A DNA stretch of 63,747 nt, filler included, from Octopus bimaculoides (Eukaryota), in assembly GCF_001194135.2 (NCBI RefSeq). It is 5 parts of 5 records of this genome, joined end to end, with 100 filler letters (N's around TTAATTAATTAA, not from the genome) between each part and the next. Parts side by side here need not be neighbours in the genome. Positions count along the whole stretch, not along the records: positions 20,015 to 48,925 come from NC_069003.1; 4 more parts are not named here. One strand, written 5' to 3'. Below, one piece after another: positions 24,359-37,360 of the stretch. A program made the position numbers and the translations under genes. The notes under the pieces are model-generated. The model had not been told where the DNA came from. It searched no databases and saw nothing but the letters and a program-made list of their open reading frames with translations. Every line of letters starts with the position of its first letter. Position 1 is the first letter of the stretch.

Positions 24359-26327
24359 TGGAAGTGTTATCATGTACACTGTTTCGTCTTGGTATAAAAG
24401 ATGGGCTACAGCAAATATTCTGCTTAATACCACAGATTTGCTTGTCAGTTGTTTGACCTTAACCAGTTGAGCATGTCCCTTGGTGGCTGACGACATGTGC
24501 ATCTCTGATCATGAGCAGAAGTAGTGGGGGAGCGTCATAGCCATGTGTTGAGAGGAATTCTTCGGGGTTTGAATAATTCACCTTGGAAACATGGGTTTTT
24601 TGCTCAACATCCTTAAACAAACCTTATTCAGGGACCTTTTGAGCGGGATGGGCTACTCGACCAGACACAATGATTCTGAGATCGTATCATCCAATGAATC
24701 CTTCCATTGTTGTTGCTTAATCCATGGATATCACTGACTGATTCTGTCAGCCAATAAAGGGGTAAAAATCAATAAGATGGCGCAACATTCCTAAAAATGT
24801 TTTAAGTTAGTACGGAAGAGATTTTTTTTATCATTCTGAAAGTTTAAATTTCATACCCGATTGATGGAATTCTATGTAAACACAATATCTTCCATAGGAA
24901 TATTATGGATTCTTGTTGGTTCAAAATAGAAAACTTGGTTGTTTTCATTGTGCGAATAAGTCAATATTAGGAACCTTTTAATATTTCTTTGAAATACAAG
25001 AAATACAACGTTACTGTATGTGGACTCGATATAAAAATTAAGTAAACTACACTGTAAAAAAAATTCCCCCTAACATATTCAGAAACACATTCTCATACAA
25101 ATATTACACCCTCATACACACAAACACACACAAAGAAGATACTTTTGTTACAGAGTTAGATAGAATTTTAAAAAAAGGTATTGAAACAGCCAGTAAGNNN
25201 NNNNNNNNNNNNNNNNNNNNNNNNNNNNNNNNNNNNNNNNNNNNNNNNNNNNNNNNNNNNNNNNNNNNNNNNNNNNNNNNNNNNNNNNNNNNNNNNNNNN
25301 NNNNNNNNNNNNNNNNNNNNNNNNNNNNNNNNNNNNNNNNNNNNNNNNNNNNNNNNNNNNNNNNNNNNNNNNNNNNNNNNNNNNNNNNNNNNNNNNNNNN
25401 NNNNNNNNNNNNNNNNNNNNNNNNNNNNNNNNNNNNNNNNNNNNNNNNNNNNNNNNNNNNNNNNNNNNNNNNNNNNNNNNNNNNNNNNNNNNNNNNNNNN
25501 NNNNNNNNNNNNNNNNNNNNNNNNNNNNNNNNNNNNNNNNNNNNNNNNNNNNNNNNNNNNNNNNNNNNNNNNNNNNNNNNNNNNNNNNNNNNNNNNNNNN
25601 NNNNNNNNNNNNNNNNNNNNNNNNNNNNNNNNNNNNNNNNNNNNNNNNNNNNNNNNNNNNNNNNNNNNNNNNNNNNNNNNNNNNNNNNNNNNNNNNNNNN
25701 NNNNNNNNNNNNNNNNNNNNNNNNNNNNNNNNNNNNNNNNNNNNNNNNNNNNNNNNNNNNNNNNNNNNNNNNNNNNNNNNNNNNNNNNNNNNNNNNNNNN
25801 NNNNGGTGGCGAGATAAACGTTTGTCAACGACCGTTTGGCAGAAGTGAAATAACGTCGGTATGAATAACCAAATATATATAGAGGAAGTTAGCATAGTAC
25901 GAGACAGGTAACCTCGTTCACTTTCTGTTAACGAGCAAGGCAGGTAATCTCGTACTTCCTGTTAAAAAGGGGAGTGGGGAAGACAGCGGTAGCTTGGTGC
26001 GAATAGAACCAGAACGAGAGACGGAGCTGCATACGGGTCGGACCGTTCACTACCTGCCTTGAAACCATTGAGACTGGACATAATCTCCATATATGAACAT
26101 TTACTTCCCTGTTTGAACACTTTGTTGTTGAGATCAGAAGTTTACCCCTTTTTCTTACATTATTAATTTGTCTGATCGTAACAATTATTATTGATAAAAC
26201 ATCATTAATTACAATGAATATGAATTTTCTAAAATGGAAAATAGCTAATATCTTTTAACAACAGAAGAAAATATTTAAAATGCATTAAATGAGGTAGAAT
26301 TTTGCACAGTATATTTAAAGAGAAGTA

Positions 26328-26560
26328 GGGCGGCTAGCTGGCAGAATCGTTAGCACGCCGGGCCAAATGCTCAGCGGTATTTCGTCTGTCGTTACGTTCT
26401 GAGTTCAAATTCCGCCGTGGTCGACTTTGCCCTTCATCCTTTCGAGGTCGATTAAATAAGCACTAGTTGCTCACTGGGGTCGATGTAATCGACTTAATCC
26501 CTTTGTCTGTCCTTGTTTGTCACCTCTATGTTTAGCCTCCCTGTGGGCAATAAAGAAATA
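26328..26560 (+). mobile_element. Full-length tRNA-head SINE family D
   Basis: GGCGGCTAGCTGGCAGAATCG A-box and GAGTTCAAATTCC B-box; inverted copies at 28296-28445, 35230-35420, 44215-44293 and 47364-47590. Confidence 0.88.
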
Positions 26561-27047
26561 AATATTTAAAGAAAAGTTCATTCAGATTATTATAATGACG
26601 TGCAGTATAACGGGATTATCTAGTTCTTTATAAGTCTGTATTCTATGATATCATTATTTGTCAGCGATAAACAAAGTTGAAAATGCATTTATAAGAGACT
26701 TGACAATAATGATAAATATTTTGGATTACATGCATTATTATGTAATGCATTACAAAGCTAGATAAACTAATTGAAACGTGCAATTATGTTTGTATAGAAT
26801 TACAAACAGAAGAGTGTTTTAGTTTGTCCGAAGCGTTGCAGAATATATAGAAAAACGTGTGCTCTAGGACTATGGCAATTGTGATGTAGCTGGAAAATGG
26901 AATATCAATGATAAACGTATTAAAAGTATTGACATATTGCATTAGAAATACTTAATTTGTTATAATATTTCAGGTAAAATGACCCTTTTCAAGGGCGTTT
27001 CGAGAACGCGAGAACTCTCTCTGTTGGTGGTGGGAATGCTGGTTGTA

Positions 27048-27094
<47 letters not shown>

Positions 27095-28173
27095 ATATGT
27101 GCTTGTGAGTGTGTGTGCTTGCGTACATGTGTCTCCATGTCTGCTCTGTATGTGTGTGTGTGTGTGTGTGTGTGCGTGCATGCNNNNNNNNNNNNNNNNN
27201 NNNNNNNNNNNNNNNNNNNNNNNNNNNNNNNNNNNNNNNNNNNNNNNNNNNNNNNNNNNNNNNNNNNNNNNNNNNNNNNNNNNNNNNNNNNNNNNNNNNN
27301 NNNNNNNNNNNNNNNNNNNNNNNNNNNNNNNNNNNNNNNNNNNNNNNNNNNNNNNNNNNNNNNNNNNNNNNNNNNNNNNNNNNNNNNNNNNNNNNNNNNN
27401 NNNNNNNNNNNNNNNNNNNNNNNNNNNNNNNNNNNNNNNNNNNNNNNNNNNNNNNNNNNNNNNNNNNNNNNNNNNNNNNNNNNNNNNNNNNNNNNNNNNN
27501 NNNNNNNNNNNNNNNNNNNNNNNNNNNNNNNNNNNNNNNNNNNNNNNNNNNNNNNNNNNNNNNNNNNNNNNNNNNNNNNNNNNNNNNNNNNNNNNNNNNN
27601 NNNNNNNNNNNNNNNNNNNNNNNNNNNNNNNNNNNNNNNNNNNNNNNNNNNNNNNNNNNNNNNNNNNNNNNNNNNNNNNNNNNNNNNNNNNNNNNNNNNN
27701 NNNNNNNNNNNNNNNNNNNNNNNNNNNNNNNNNNNNNNNNNNNNNNNNNNNNNNNNNNNNNNNNNNNNNNNNNNNNNNNNNNNNNNNNNNNNNNNNNNNN
27801 NNNNNNNNNNNNNNNNNNNNNNNNNNNNNNNNNNNNNNNNNNNNNNNNNNNNNNNNNNNNNNNNNNNNNNNNNNNNNTAGTTTGTTTCATTTTGAAATAT
27901 CAATTTATTTAATGGTTCATTATTGTTTATATTTTAAATTGAATGTATATGGGGGCACTAAAATTTTTTAAGTGCTTAGGGCCTCTATGGTTCTTAAGAG
28001 AATCGAGCATGGAACCACGGGGGCGCAAAAACGCGTTTCTTAACCACGTTTATTTACATATACTATTTTATACCATTTGCCCTAGTGGCGATTCCTCAAA
28101 TTAAGATATGCGCCTTTCTTCAGGATACTAGTGTATGCTAATTTTTTTAAAAAGGCTATGTATTATTGAAGCG

Positions 28174-28445
28174 TGGAGGCGCAATGGCCCAGTGGTTTGG
28201 GCAGCAGACTTGCGGTCATAGGATCGCGGTTTCGATTCCCAGACCGGGCGTTGTGAGTGTTTATTGAGCGAAAACACCTAAAGCTCCACGAAATATATTG
28301 GTTTCAAATTTTGGCACAAAGCAAGTAATTTCGTGGAAGGGGATAAATCGATTACATTTATCCCAGCGTTTAACTGGCACTTATTTTATCGATCTCGAAA
28401 GAATGAAATGCAAAGTCAATCTCGGTGGAATTTGAACTCAGAACA
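28174..28445. mobile_element. SINE B head (+, 28174-28290) abutting a SINE D 3' part (-, 28296-28445)
   Basis: Homology to 4536-4925 and 26328-26560. Confidence 0.8.
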
Positions 28446-30809
28446 TATTAAAATCAATTTTTCAATTTGTATTTATTTTAATGTGTGAGGTATGCTTTGC
28501 ATGTCTTATATTCATGTAAGAAACACCTTTTCCCATTAGGAAATATCTATTTACATATATTGTTATCAGAGATATTATACAAGCAAATCCAAATACTCGA
28601 TTTTAGGTGACGTGACATTGCTAATAATACATACAACAGAGCTGATGAGTAAACAGAACAGAGAACAAGTGAAATTACATTAAAAGCACATCTATTATAC
28701 AAAAACTGTTATTTATTTTCATCCCATCATCACGAATTAGAGGCGTGTTTGTCACTTATTTATTACCGAATAAGTGAGAGGTATTTCGTTAAAGGTAACC
28801 ACTGCCAAAAGGCTAATCAATTTATTTGATACAAATTGAAATAGAGAGAGAAAAAAAAGCAAATAACAACTACGTAAAATCCTACACAGCTCTTCGAAGA
28901 TGGAAATACGATATTGACACGCAAACAAAATCAACGCTTACGAGTAGTAATGGCTATAATAGTGGTCGTGATGACGGGAGTGTTTAGTTATGGCGGTTTT
29001 ATCGCTTCTGGTGATCGTAAATTTAAAGGCGTTGATACTGGTATTTATTAGTTTGTTATTTTTTTATTATTATTTTAGTTTACAAGCTGCGGTGATTAAT
29101 AATTGCACGAAATGATTTTGGTGTAACGATTGCGTTGCAGGGAAGAGGTTAGTTTAGATTCTGAAGTGGAGTGGAAGAGTTTAAAATAAATATCCTTACT
29201 GAGATTCTGGAGTGTTCTGTCTCCGAGGAAGAAACCTTAATTCTGGAAGACTGGTGAAAATTAATGAACAGGAAGGAGACATGGATTTATATATAAGCAT
29301 GCATACACACACGTATATGAAATAAATAAATAAATAAATAAATAAATGAATAGATAAATAAATAAGTGTGTGTGTTTACCTTTAGGACTTATCGATAGAA
29401 ACATCGAGGTATGAGCCTTGTTTAAGCGGTCTATCTCGAATGCTAATTTGGCTATAAATACTAGCATAACACAGTCTTAAAAAACCGGTAGACGAAAGGT
29501 ACCTGTGGGACTCGAACCACGTATCCATTGTTTGTGTTAAAGTAAATACGTGGTAGAAGGCTCACAGGTAACGTCCAAGGTTTATTTTTTGTTTTTCATC
29601 ATAGGCGTAGGAGTGGCTGTGTGGTAAGTAACTTGCTTACCACATCCGGTCTTGCGTTACTTCCTGCAGAACAGCGGAACAAGGCGGTCGAGAGTTTTAG
29701 CTCTCCCGAAAGTGAACCATTAAGAAGTCAGCCGAGGTAGGTGGAATTGTTTTTTGAGCTGGGTGTAATTTATTGTGATTTTATTTTTTTCTTCAGTAAA
29801 TTTCGCCCAGCTCTGGGGCAGTTTCACCTGCTTTCGGCGACTTAAGTTGTTGCTCGCTTAGCGAGCAAAAATTGCGTTTCTCGTTCGTCGTTGTTGGTGA
29901 GCGTGCCGCCACAACGACGGACTGAATTTTTTTTTGAACTTTTGTTAAATTTTGTGCAGCGTTTTATAGTAAATATCCATCTTTAGTTGTTGACTTGCTT
30001 TATCAGGATGTCTAACAGTGGAAGCTGGTTACAGCTATACTCCATAGAGAATTATATATATTTATTGATTCCACTGAGGAGGGGTTTCAAATTCTTTTAG
30101 TTTCCCTGCGCCTTCATTCCTTAGAATGAATTAATTGTCGAGGTACCTATTCCATTTGTCATGTATGTAAATGCAAAAGAGTTCCCATATTTTCATAGTG
30201 TGTTTTAGCAAAATGTAATCCCTAAGATGGCGCATAACTAGATTCGTAAAAGAGGGGGCTATTTTCTTCCCCATTGTAGTTCCGGAATTTTGTCGAAAAA
30301 AGTTATTAAATTATTTTCTAGACTAAATTTTAGTCCTATTATAAATTCTGTTTTTTTTTTATACATTGGGGGAGTTAATCTGTACAATTACCAAACCAGA
30401 ATTCCTAAATCGTGATGGGTGTATGAATAGAGATTCACTACCGACTCACTGTCGAAAGATACTATCAGACTTTTTTCGTCGTCTGTATTCAGGAGGCGGT
30501 TTAGCTTATCTAAGTAATCTATGAAATTTCTGACATGCTTGAGAAATGGCTTGAGTAGATGGGTTTCTCATACTGGACCAGCTTAATTTCAGCTCATTTA
30601 AGGAGGGAACAGCGATATATATGTCAGTTGTTCCTTTGCATGCTACACTTAGTTCTGTCACTTTTGTGAACCATTGATATGCCGTAGAAGAAACGAGATT
30701 ACATCTGAAGTCGGTAATATAGTCATATTCCTTGCTCGTGAGTTCTTGGTATTAGTTTATTAATGTTGGTTTCAAATTTTATTCTAAGGTTTCTTAAAGC
30801 AATGACTGT

Positions 30810-31010
30810 CAGAATCGTTTACTTCCTGGGCAAAATGTTAGTGATAATTCGTCCGTTTTTACGTTGTGAATTCAAATTCTACTGAGGTGAACTTTGCCTT
30901 TCATCCTCTCGGGGGTCACTAAAATAAGTACTAGTTGAACATTTGGGGCAATGTAATCGACTTACTCCTTCCCCTGAAATAGCTGGTCTTGAGTCAAAAA
31001 TTTGAAACCA
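30810..31010 (+). mobile_element. Diverged SINE family D
   Basis: Homology to 26328-26560. Confidence 0.75.
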
Positions 31011-31329
31011 ATATTCTGAAGTTTCTTCTTATTGTTTGTTGACTGTATTTTGAAACTTTTCAAAGTGTGTATCGTTTTCTAATATGAATAATACAACATT
31101 TTTATAACAATCTCTGTCCAACTGCATTATCTTTATAGGCTTCTTTAATTATTATTTCTTTATCATTTTAAAAATTTAAGTCGTTCTAATTTACTCGTAC
31201 TGCAGTTCGGTTTGTGTTTTTGCTTGTGTGTGTGTTGATATGCGTAATTCAAAATATGTTCACAAAAATTTTCAAGGATTTTGTTCCTACTTTTCTGTGG
31301 AGTGCAGTTACTGCTTTTTCCTGGCGATG

Positions 31330-31575
31330 TGTTGTGTCTTCAGAAGGACGTTTTACTTCACGCTGTTCCAGTCCACTCGGCTGGCAAAAATGAACTGTTT
31401 CTTGTATTTCAAAGGACCAGCCTTGTCATATACTGTATCACGCTGGGTCTCCCTGAAAACTACATCAAGGCTACACGTATCTATAGAGCGTTCAACCACA
31501 TGCACGTTCATTTCACGAGCAGCCTGTTTTGTTGATCATATAAACTGTGAACCTTTATCGTTGTAACCGATGCAG
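31330..31575 (+). mobile_element. Old SINE with C-like core and B-like tail
   Basis: CCAGTCCACTCGGCTGGCAAAAATG core plus CAGCCTTGTCA..CACGAGCAG tail. Confidence 0.6.
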
Positions 31576-32679
31576 TGTAAGTTTTAGGTATCATTGAGCA
31601 GTTGGCGTAAATTTGAGTTCTTTAGACAGTGCATTAATTTGTTGTAACTTAAGTGAGCGCAAAACGTACTCCAAGTACAAACAGATTATTCTTGTTTTCT
31701 TATATAAGCTATTAATATGTAACATAGCCACAATATCTTACTGCTGACAACATACTGAATCCTCGCAATATATCGCTTATACTGGGAATTCGGTGAATTG
31801 CATAATAATTTCAGTTATNNNNNNNNNNNNNNNNNNNNNNNNNNNNNNNNNNNNNNNNNNNNNNNNNNNNNNNNNNNNNNNNNNNNNNNNNNNNNNNNNN
31901 NNNNNNNNNNNNNNNNNNNNNNNNNNNNNNNNNNNNNNNNNNNNNNNNNNNNNNNNNNNNNNNNNNNNNNNNNNNNNNNNNNNNNNNNNNNNNNNNNNNN
32001 NNNNNNNNNNNNNNNNNNNNNNNNNNNNNNNNNNNNNNNNNNNNNNNNNNNNNNNNNNNNNNNNNNNNNNNNNNNNNNNNNNNNNNNNNNNNNNNNNNNN
32101 NNNNNNNNNNNNNNNNNNNNNNNNNNNNNNNNNNNNNNNNNNNNNNNNNNNNNNNNNNNNNNNNNNNNNNNNNNNTATATATATATCGAATGGCAATGTA
32201 GGTCCAGTTGAGCAAAACATGAGTCAAAGGGGTCCATAGGAGAAAAATGGTTGTGAAACACTGCTTTAATGGAACCTTCAAGTGGATCACATGTGTAACA
32301 ACTGAGCTTTTTCCTCTGTACCACAATTCTGATGGGGCACAATTCCAGGATTGTTCTGTCTTCGAGAATCATCAGAATCTGTATATTCACGCAGATCCAA
32401 CATGATCATATGTCATTCCGTGTGACCACAGCACTTAACACTTATCTTTACCGTGCCTCAAAGGGGTCGAAAAGCCAAGGTTCATTACCAGCATCACTGT
32501 CCCTTGCTCTGATGCTCGTATCCCATCATGCCACAGCTTATGAGCAAATGCGTGTGATGAACGAGATCTACCCATCTACTTTCTTGCTTTGTCCTCAGTA
32601 TAGAAGATCAGGCAGACATGTCTATCAATGAAAAAACATGCATCGTACCATACTTCATCTAGAACCACGTTTAGCTTAC

Positions 32680-32951
32680 TCTCTGGGGGTATGTGGAAAT
32701 CCACTCCGACGTTTCAGAAACAGAGTTATGTCCCCTCCCTCATTACATAATCTTAAATAAATTCCTCCATTGTGATATATCACTGTTTTCGTCTCTGACT
32801 GAATCCAACCGATGTTCAAAGCTTCCATTTGGCTTGTAATATTAACAATAGAGCAGTTGTTTAGTACCTTTGTAAATATAACACAATTTGCATTGTTGAT
32901 TTCACCACGGGTACTCTTGTTAATAAAGTGCAAATTAACATTTTCGTGCAT
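32680..32951 (-). CDS. TMEM221: Probable first coding exon of a TMEM221/Jiraiya-like gene (MHENVNL...CVIFTKVL...NIGWIQS...IYHNGGIYLRL...GFPHTPR)
   Basis: Non-repetitive 90-codon frame from ATG at 32951, with an in-frame upstream stop at ~33000. It ends at donor GA|GTAAGC (phase 2), which matches the phase-2 acceptor of exon 4978-5238. Linkage across the 27-kb intron is inferred from phase. Confidence 0.68.
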
Positions 32952-33359
32952 CAAATTGTGTTTGTGCTTGTGGGTGTATCTGTTTATTTCATTATCATTT
33001 TAAAAAAATTCTGTTTATCGTTTTTTGTTTTTTTTTTCACTTTTGTTTTCGTCTACTTGAAAATTATTTCATTTTCCTCTGAGAAAGAAGCCAAATTGAA
33101 CAGTCTGTAAACACATGAAAATATTTGTGAAAATAAAAACAAAAACAAAAAAAATGCCTAAAATTCAGACTTTTTGTCTGCTCAAGGTAGAGGATCGGTG
33201 CACAAATATTTCGAAGTCGCTGTTGGTAAAATATTACAAGAAAAAAAAGAAAAGAAAAGAAAAGAAAGAAAGAGAAAGGAAAAGAAATTACTTCGAGTAA
33301 AACTTAGTAATAACAAACCATTAGGATTTTACCAGAGAGAATCGTATGATTTAATACAT

Positions 33360-34060
33360 TAATAATAATAATAATAATAATAATATATGATGGTGATGGT
33401 GATGAAGGAGAAAGAGGTGGTGGTGGTGGTGGTGGTGAAGAAGAAGAACGAAAGCTGGTATACGACAGAGTAAACAGAAGAAAACAAAACAGTATGGCAT
33501 GAAGTAATACTAATAAACTACTACTACTACTGCTGGTGCTGCTGCTACTGATGATGATGGTGATGATAGAAATGTTTTCGTAATAATAATAAGAAGAGGT
33601 AGAAAAGAAAGAAAGAAGAAATAAATTAACGAAAGGAACAACGAACACAAAAACAAAGATACAACCACCCAACAACAACAACAACAATAACAGAAAGACA
33701 GAAGCAAAAAAAATAAATAAAACCAAAATCTAAAAAAAAAAAAGAACAGAAAAGAAAAAAGAGAAAAATATGAGAAATGTGAGCGAGAAGCAGAAATACA
33801 TTAAGATAAATATTAAGATAAATTGAATACTGTCAGCGAAAGTGAAAGTAGAAGATCAGAGGAAAAACAAGGGGAGCCTACCAAGAAATTTAATGAAAGG
33901 ATTTTGACATTTTATACTAAATACTGCTTGTTGTTGTTGTAGTTGTATTCTAAATAAATCATTTATAACGAGCTAAATCAACAAAAGACATGTAAAAAAA
34001 AGAAAAAAAACATCTGTTTCTTTGTTTTGTTTGTTTTGTTTGTTTGTTTGTTTGTTTGTT

Positions 34061-34092
<32 letters not shown>

Positions 34093-34700
34093 TGCTCTCT
34101 CCGCGTTTTCCTCATTTCAACCGTACTTTGAGTTTGATTTATAGCATATGAATAATTTATATTTATGATTTGTTTGCTTCTTCGTTTTCTTCTGTCTTTC
34201 ATCATCATCATCGTCATCATCATCATCATCATCATCTTCATCGTCGTCGTTATCGTCGTTGTCGTCGTCATCATTAATGTTGTTATCGTCATCATCGTCG
34301 TCGTCATCATCATCATCATCACCATCATCGTCGTCGCCGTCGTCATCGTCTTCTTCTTCTTCTTCTTCTTCTTCTTCTTCTTCTTCATTCATCCATTATT
34401 CCCCTTTCTTTCTATCTTTCTTTCTTTCTTCCCATCTTTTTTTCCCCCTTTTTGTCTTTCTTCTATGGGAACTATTTGAATTGCTGCAAATGGAACCAGG
34501 CGAAACAAGTAAACTAACAAACATACGCAGCCTCCCACCACACACACACACACACACACACTTACACACTTACACACAAACAGATAGACACACAAGCATA
34601 CACACATACAAAACAAGAAACAATTACAAATGCAATACGTCCACCACCAGCAACAACATCAACAAAAATAAGCAACAACAACAATAACACAAAACACGTT
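33360..34700. repeat. Compound trinucleotide and A-rich simple repeats
   Basis: (AAT), (GGT), (ATC/GTC), (TTC) and (CA) tracts; explains the poly-D/E/S ORFs. Confidence 0.95.
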
Positions 34701-35229
34701 AAAGAGGAGGAAAAAAGAAGAAACCAAGTACTAAAACAAGAAAAACAGTAATAAAAAAAACGCTAAAGCAAAAACCAAAACAAACAAAATGTGGAAAACC
34801 AAATTTAAATCGGATTTTTAATGAAATTTGTCAAATGAGAAAATGAACAATGGCGAACAGTTTAGAGAAGAGCTTGTTGTGAGAGCGTTGACAGGTACAG
34901 AGCTTGGTAAAAGTGGCTATGAAAACATGGGTTTATAAAAATGAGTAGCAACCAATGAAGGACACGGTTACAAGTAGAAAGAAAATAAGCTATAATTGTT
35001 ATTGTTTATTTCGAATTCTATGCTACTGCCGTTGCTGCTTCTGCTGTTCTTACTGTTGTTGTTGTTGTTGATGTTGGTGTTGGTGCTGGTGTTGGTGGTG
35101 GTGGTGGATGCAAACGTGGCATAGAGCTTTGTTTCGTAATTAGAAGCTCATAGAAACTCGTGTTCATTTCCATAGCGTGATACAGAAGATGAATATTCTT
35201 TTACAGTTTTGTGTCAGTACGATCTAAGT

Positions 35230-35420
35230 ATTGGTTTCAAATTTTAGCACAAGGTCAGCAATTTCTACCCCACTATTCAACTGGTACTTATTTTATCAGC
35301 TCCGAAAAGATGAACGGCAAAGTCGACCTCGGCGGAATTTGAGCTTAGAACATAAACATGGACGAAATACCGCTAAGCATTTTGACCGGCATGCTAACGA
35401 TTCTGTCAGCTCGGCACCTT
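35230..35420 (-). mobile_element. SINE family D
   Basis: Reverse complement of 26328-26500. Confidence 0.8.
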
Positions 35421-35469
35421 TTTGATTTCCAATCATGGTACAAGGCCAGCAATTTCGGGAGAGAGGGCA

Positions 35470-35610
35470 GGTCTTCAGCAACCGAATGTATCTAGCAACA
35501 TTAATTCTAAGAGTTTGTGGAATAATGTGAGATGGTATGGCATGGCCTTCGTTAGTCACCACACCTAAAACTATCAGCACTTTCATCGTGCATCGCTCTG
35601 GAGACATCAA
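35470..35610 (-). pseudogene. Tc1/mariner (DD37D-like) transposase fragment
   Basis: VLIVLGVVTNEGHAIPSHIIPQTLRINVARYIRLL resembles the VMVLGVVSSEG..MPPHFF..GL.VN...Y block. Confidence 0.65.
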
Positions 35611-36114
35611 GATGATCTATACATAGCCGCTTGTCATTTATCCTGTTCGGCCTCTGGTCTTAGTCGAAAGTTTTCTTATCAGAGAATATCCAAAGTATAG
35701 CCGTGTCCGTGAGGGGTTTTAATTTTGTTAAATAACCGCTTCGCACGGATAAAACGGTTTTAAAAGATTGTGCTCAAGATTGTTCCTTAGAACAATCTTT
35801 TCTTAGCGGTCAGACCATATGGGGTTTACACCTAACTTAATGGATGTCCACTTAGTGGTCATCCCTCTTATATGTATGTAATATAATTTTTCTGAATCTT
35901 CAGATTTTTCAATATGGTTGGCCAATGGTTTTGAATTGATATTAATCTAATTAATATTCAATTTTTTCCCCTTATTATTATATATATAAATATATATATA
36001 TATAGTCAATTCAAACAGGAACAAGCAAGAAAAAAACACGAAAAAAACAACAACGTGAGGACATGGAATAAGTACAGTCTTATTGGACGCTCAGGAAAGG
36101 AAAGAAAAGAAAGG

Positions 36115-36149
36115 ATTTCGCGTTTCGAGCGGAGCTCTTCGTCAGAAAT
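36115..36149 (-). ncRNA. Degenerate hammerhead motif (HHR family 4) in a PLE-like repeat (~36005-36190)
   Basis: AUUU-CUGACGA-A-GAGC(UCC)GCUC-GAAAC-GCG-AAAU. Helices I and II are intact, but the cleavage triplet is GCG rather than GUH, so it is probably inactive. Confidence 0.55.
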
Positions 36150-36470
36150 ATAGGAAAAGTCCAAAGAAGGGAAGACAGAGAAAGAAAATCGCCGACGATG
36201 CACTGTGCACGAAGAATATTTTGAAGACGTGAGTTCTTTGATAGTTATGTTGGCACTTTATCGATCGAAAAATAACCATTAGGGAAGAAAATCCTCTTCA
36301 GCCTACAAAGCAATCTACAACTAAGTGCGCTCAAGCGTTTGCAGTATTTCCATTAGGAGCAGTTACAAATCTAAACACCGTTGGTATAAGCCAGAAAATT
36401 ATTTTGCGTTATGCAGGCTCCAATATTTCGAAAGATGGAAATTTTTTTAATCATTTTTTTTTATATATAC

Positions 36471-36725
36471 CAGCGTTTCTCAACCATTTTTCGCGTATGG
36501 ATCCCCTTGATTCATAAATCTCTACTGGACCCCAACAGCCATTCAATGATTTTTAAAATCTTGTTATATTTTAATAACCAAATATTATTAGGAATTGTAT
36601 AAACAAAACTGTTTAAAGATTTTGTTTATTTTAGAAGTATAACCAATTTCATCGCACATAAATTTTAACTACAAAATCGTATATGGATCCTCAAGGGCTA
36701 CATAGACCCCGGTTGAGAACCAATG
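36471..36725. mobile_element. hAT (Charlie-like) MITE
   Basis: TIRs CAGCGTTTCTCAACC / GGTTGAGAACCAATG in an (AT)n target; inverted relative at 45862-46123. Confidence 0.75.
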
Positions 36726-37313
36726 GATATATACTAAATGTGAGTGACAAATAAATAACATTAATTTTCTCCCTGTTGCTTAAAATGTTATCTAATACAG
36801 TCTGTAAACGGTTTAAACGATTTAATCGTTTCAGTTTTAATGACTTTAGACACCCAAGCTGTTATAGCAAGAACGGAAGAAGAAAAGTCTGTCAGAAGTA
36901 TTGCATAAGACGAAACTAAACCAAAGAAATAAAAAATTTATAATCTCAGAGTGCGTACATTAGATAGCTTAAGAAAAGCTCCTTTGATGAAGGAGAAATA
37001 TAGAAATGCGCCAGTACATGATGGAAAACTTTCGGTTAAACTTTAAATAAATTCCAGTAAAAAGCAAACTTCTGTTCAGACTAATACACATGTATGTTTG
37101 TATGCACGTGTACACACACGCACACACACACACACTCATACACACACACACACACGCACGCACACATCACACAGACATACGCACGCAAATAACCCTAGAA
37201 TAAGGCTCACGTGTCCCCGTTACAGACGGAACCGGAAAAGAAAGTATACATAACCCACAATCTCTCTCTTACACACAAACATACATATGTATACACACAC
37301 ACTCACAAATACA

Positions 37314-37360
<47 letters not shown>

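Noticed and set aside
26328-26420. tRNA genes at SINE heads
   Set aside because: A/B boxes are present, but there is no complete cloverleaf and they are fused to SINE bodies.
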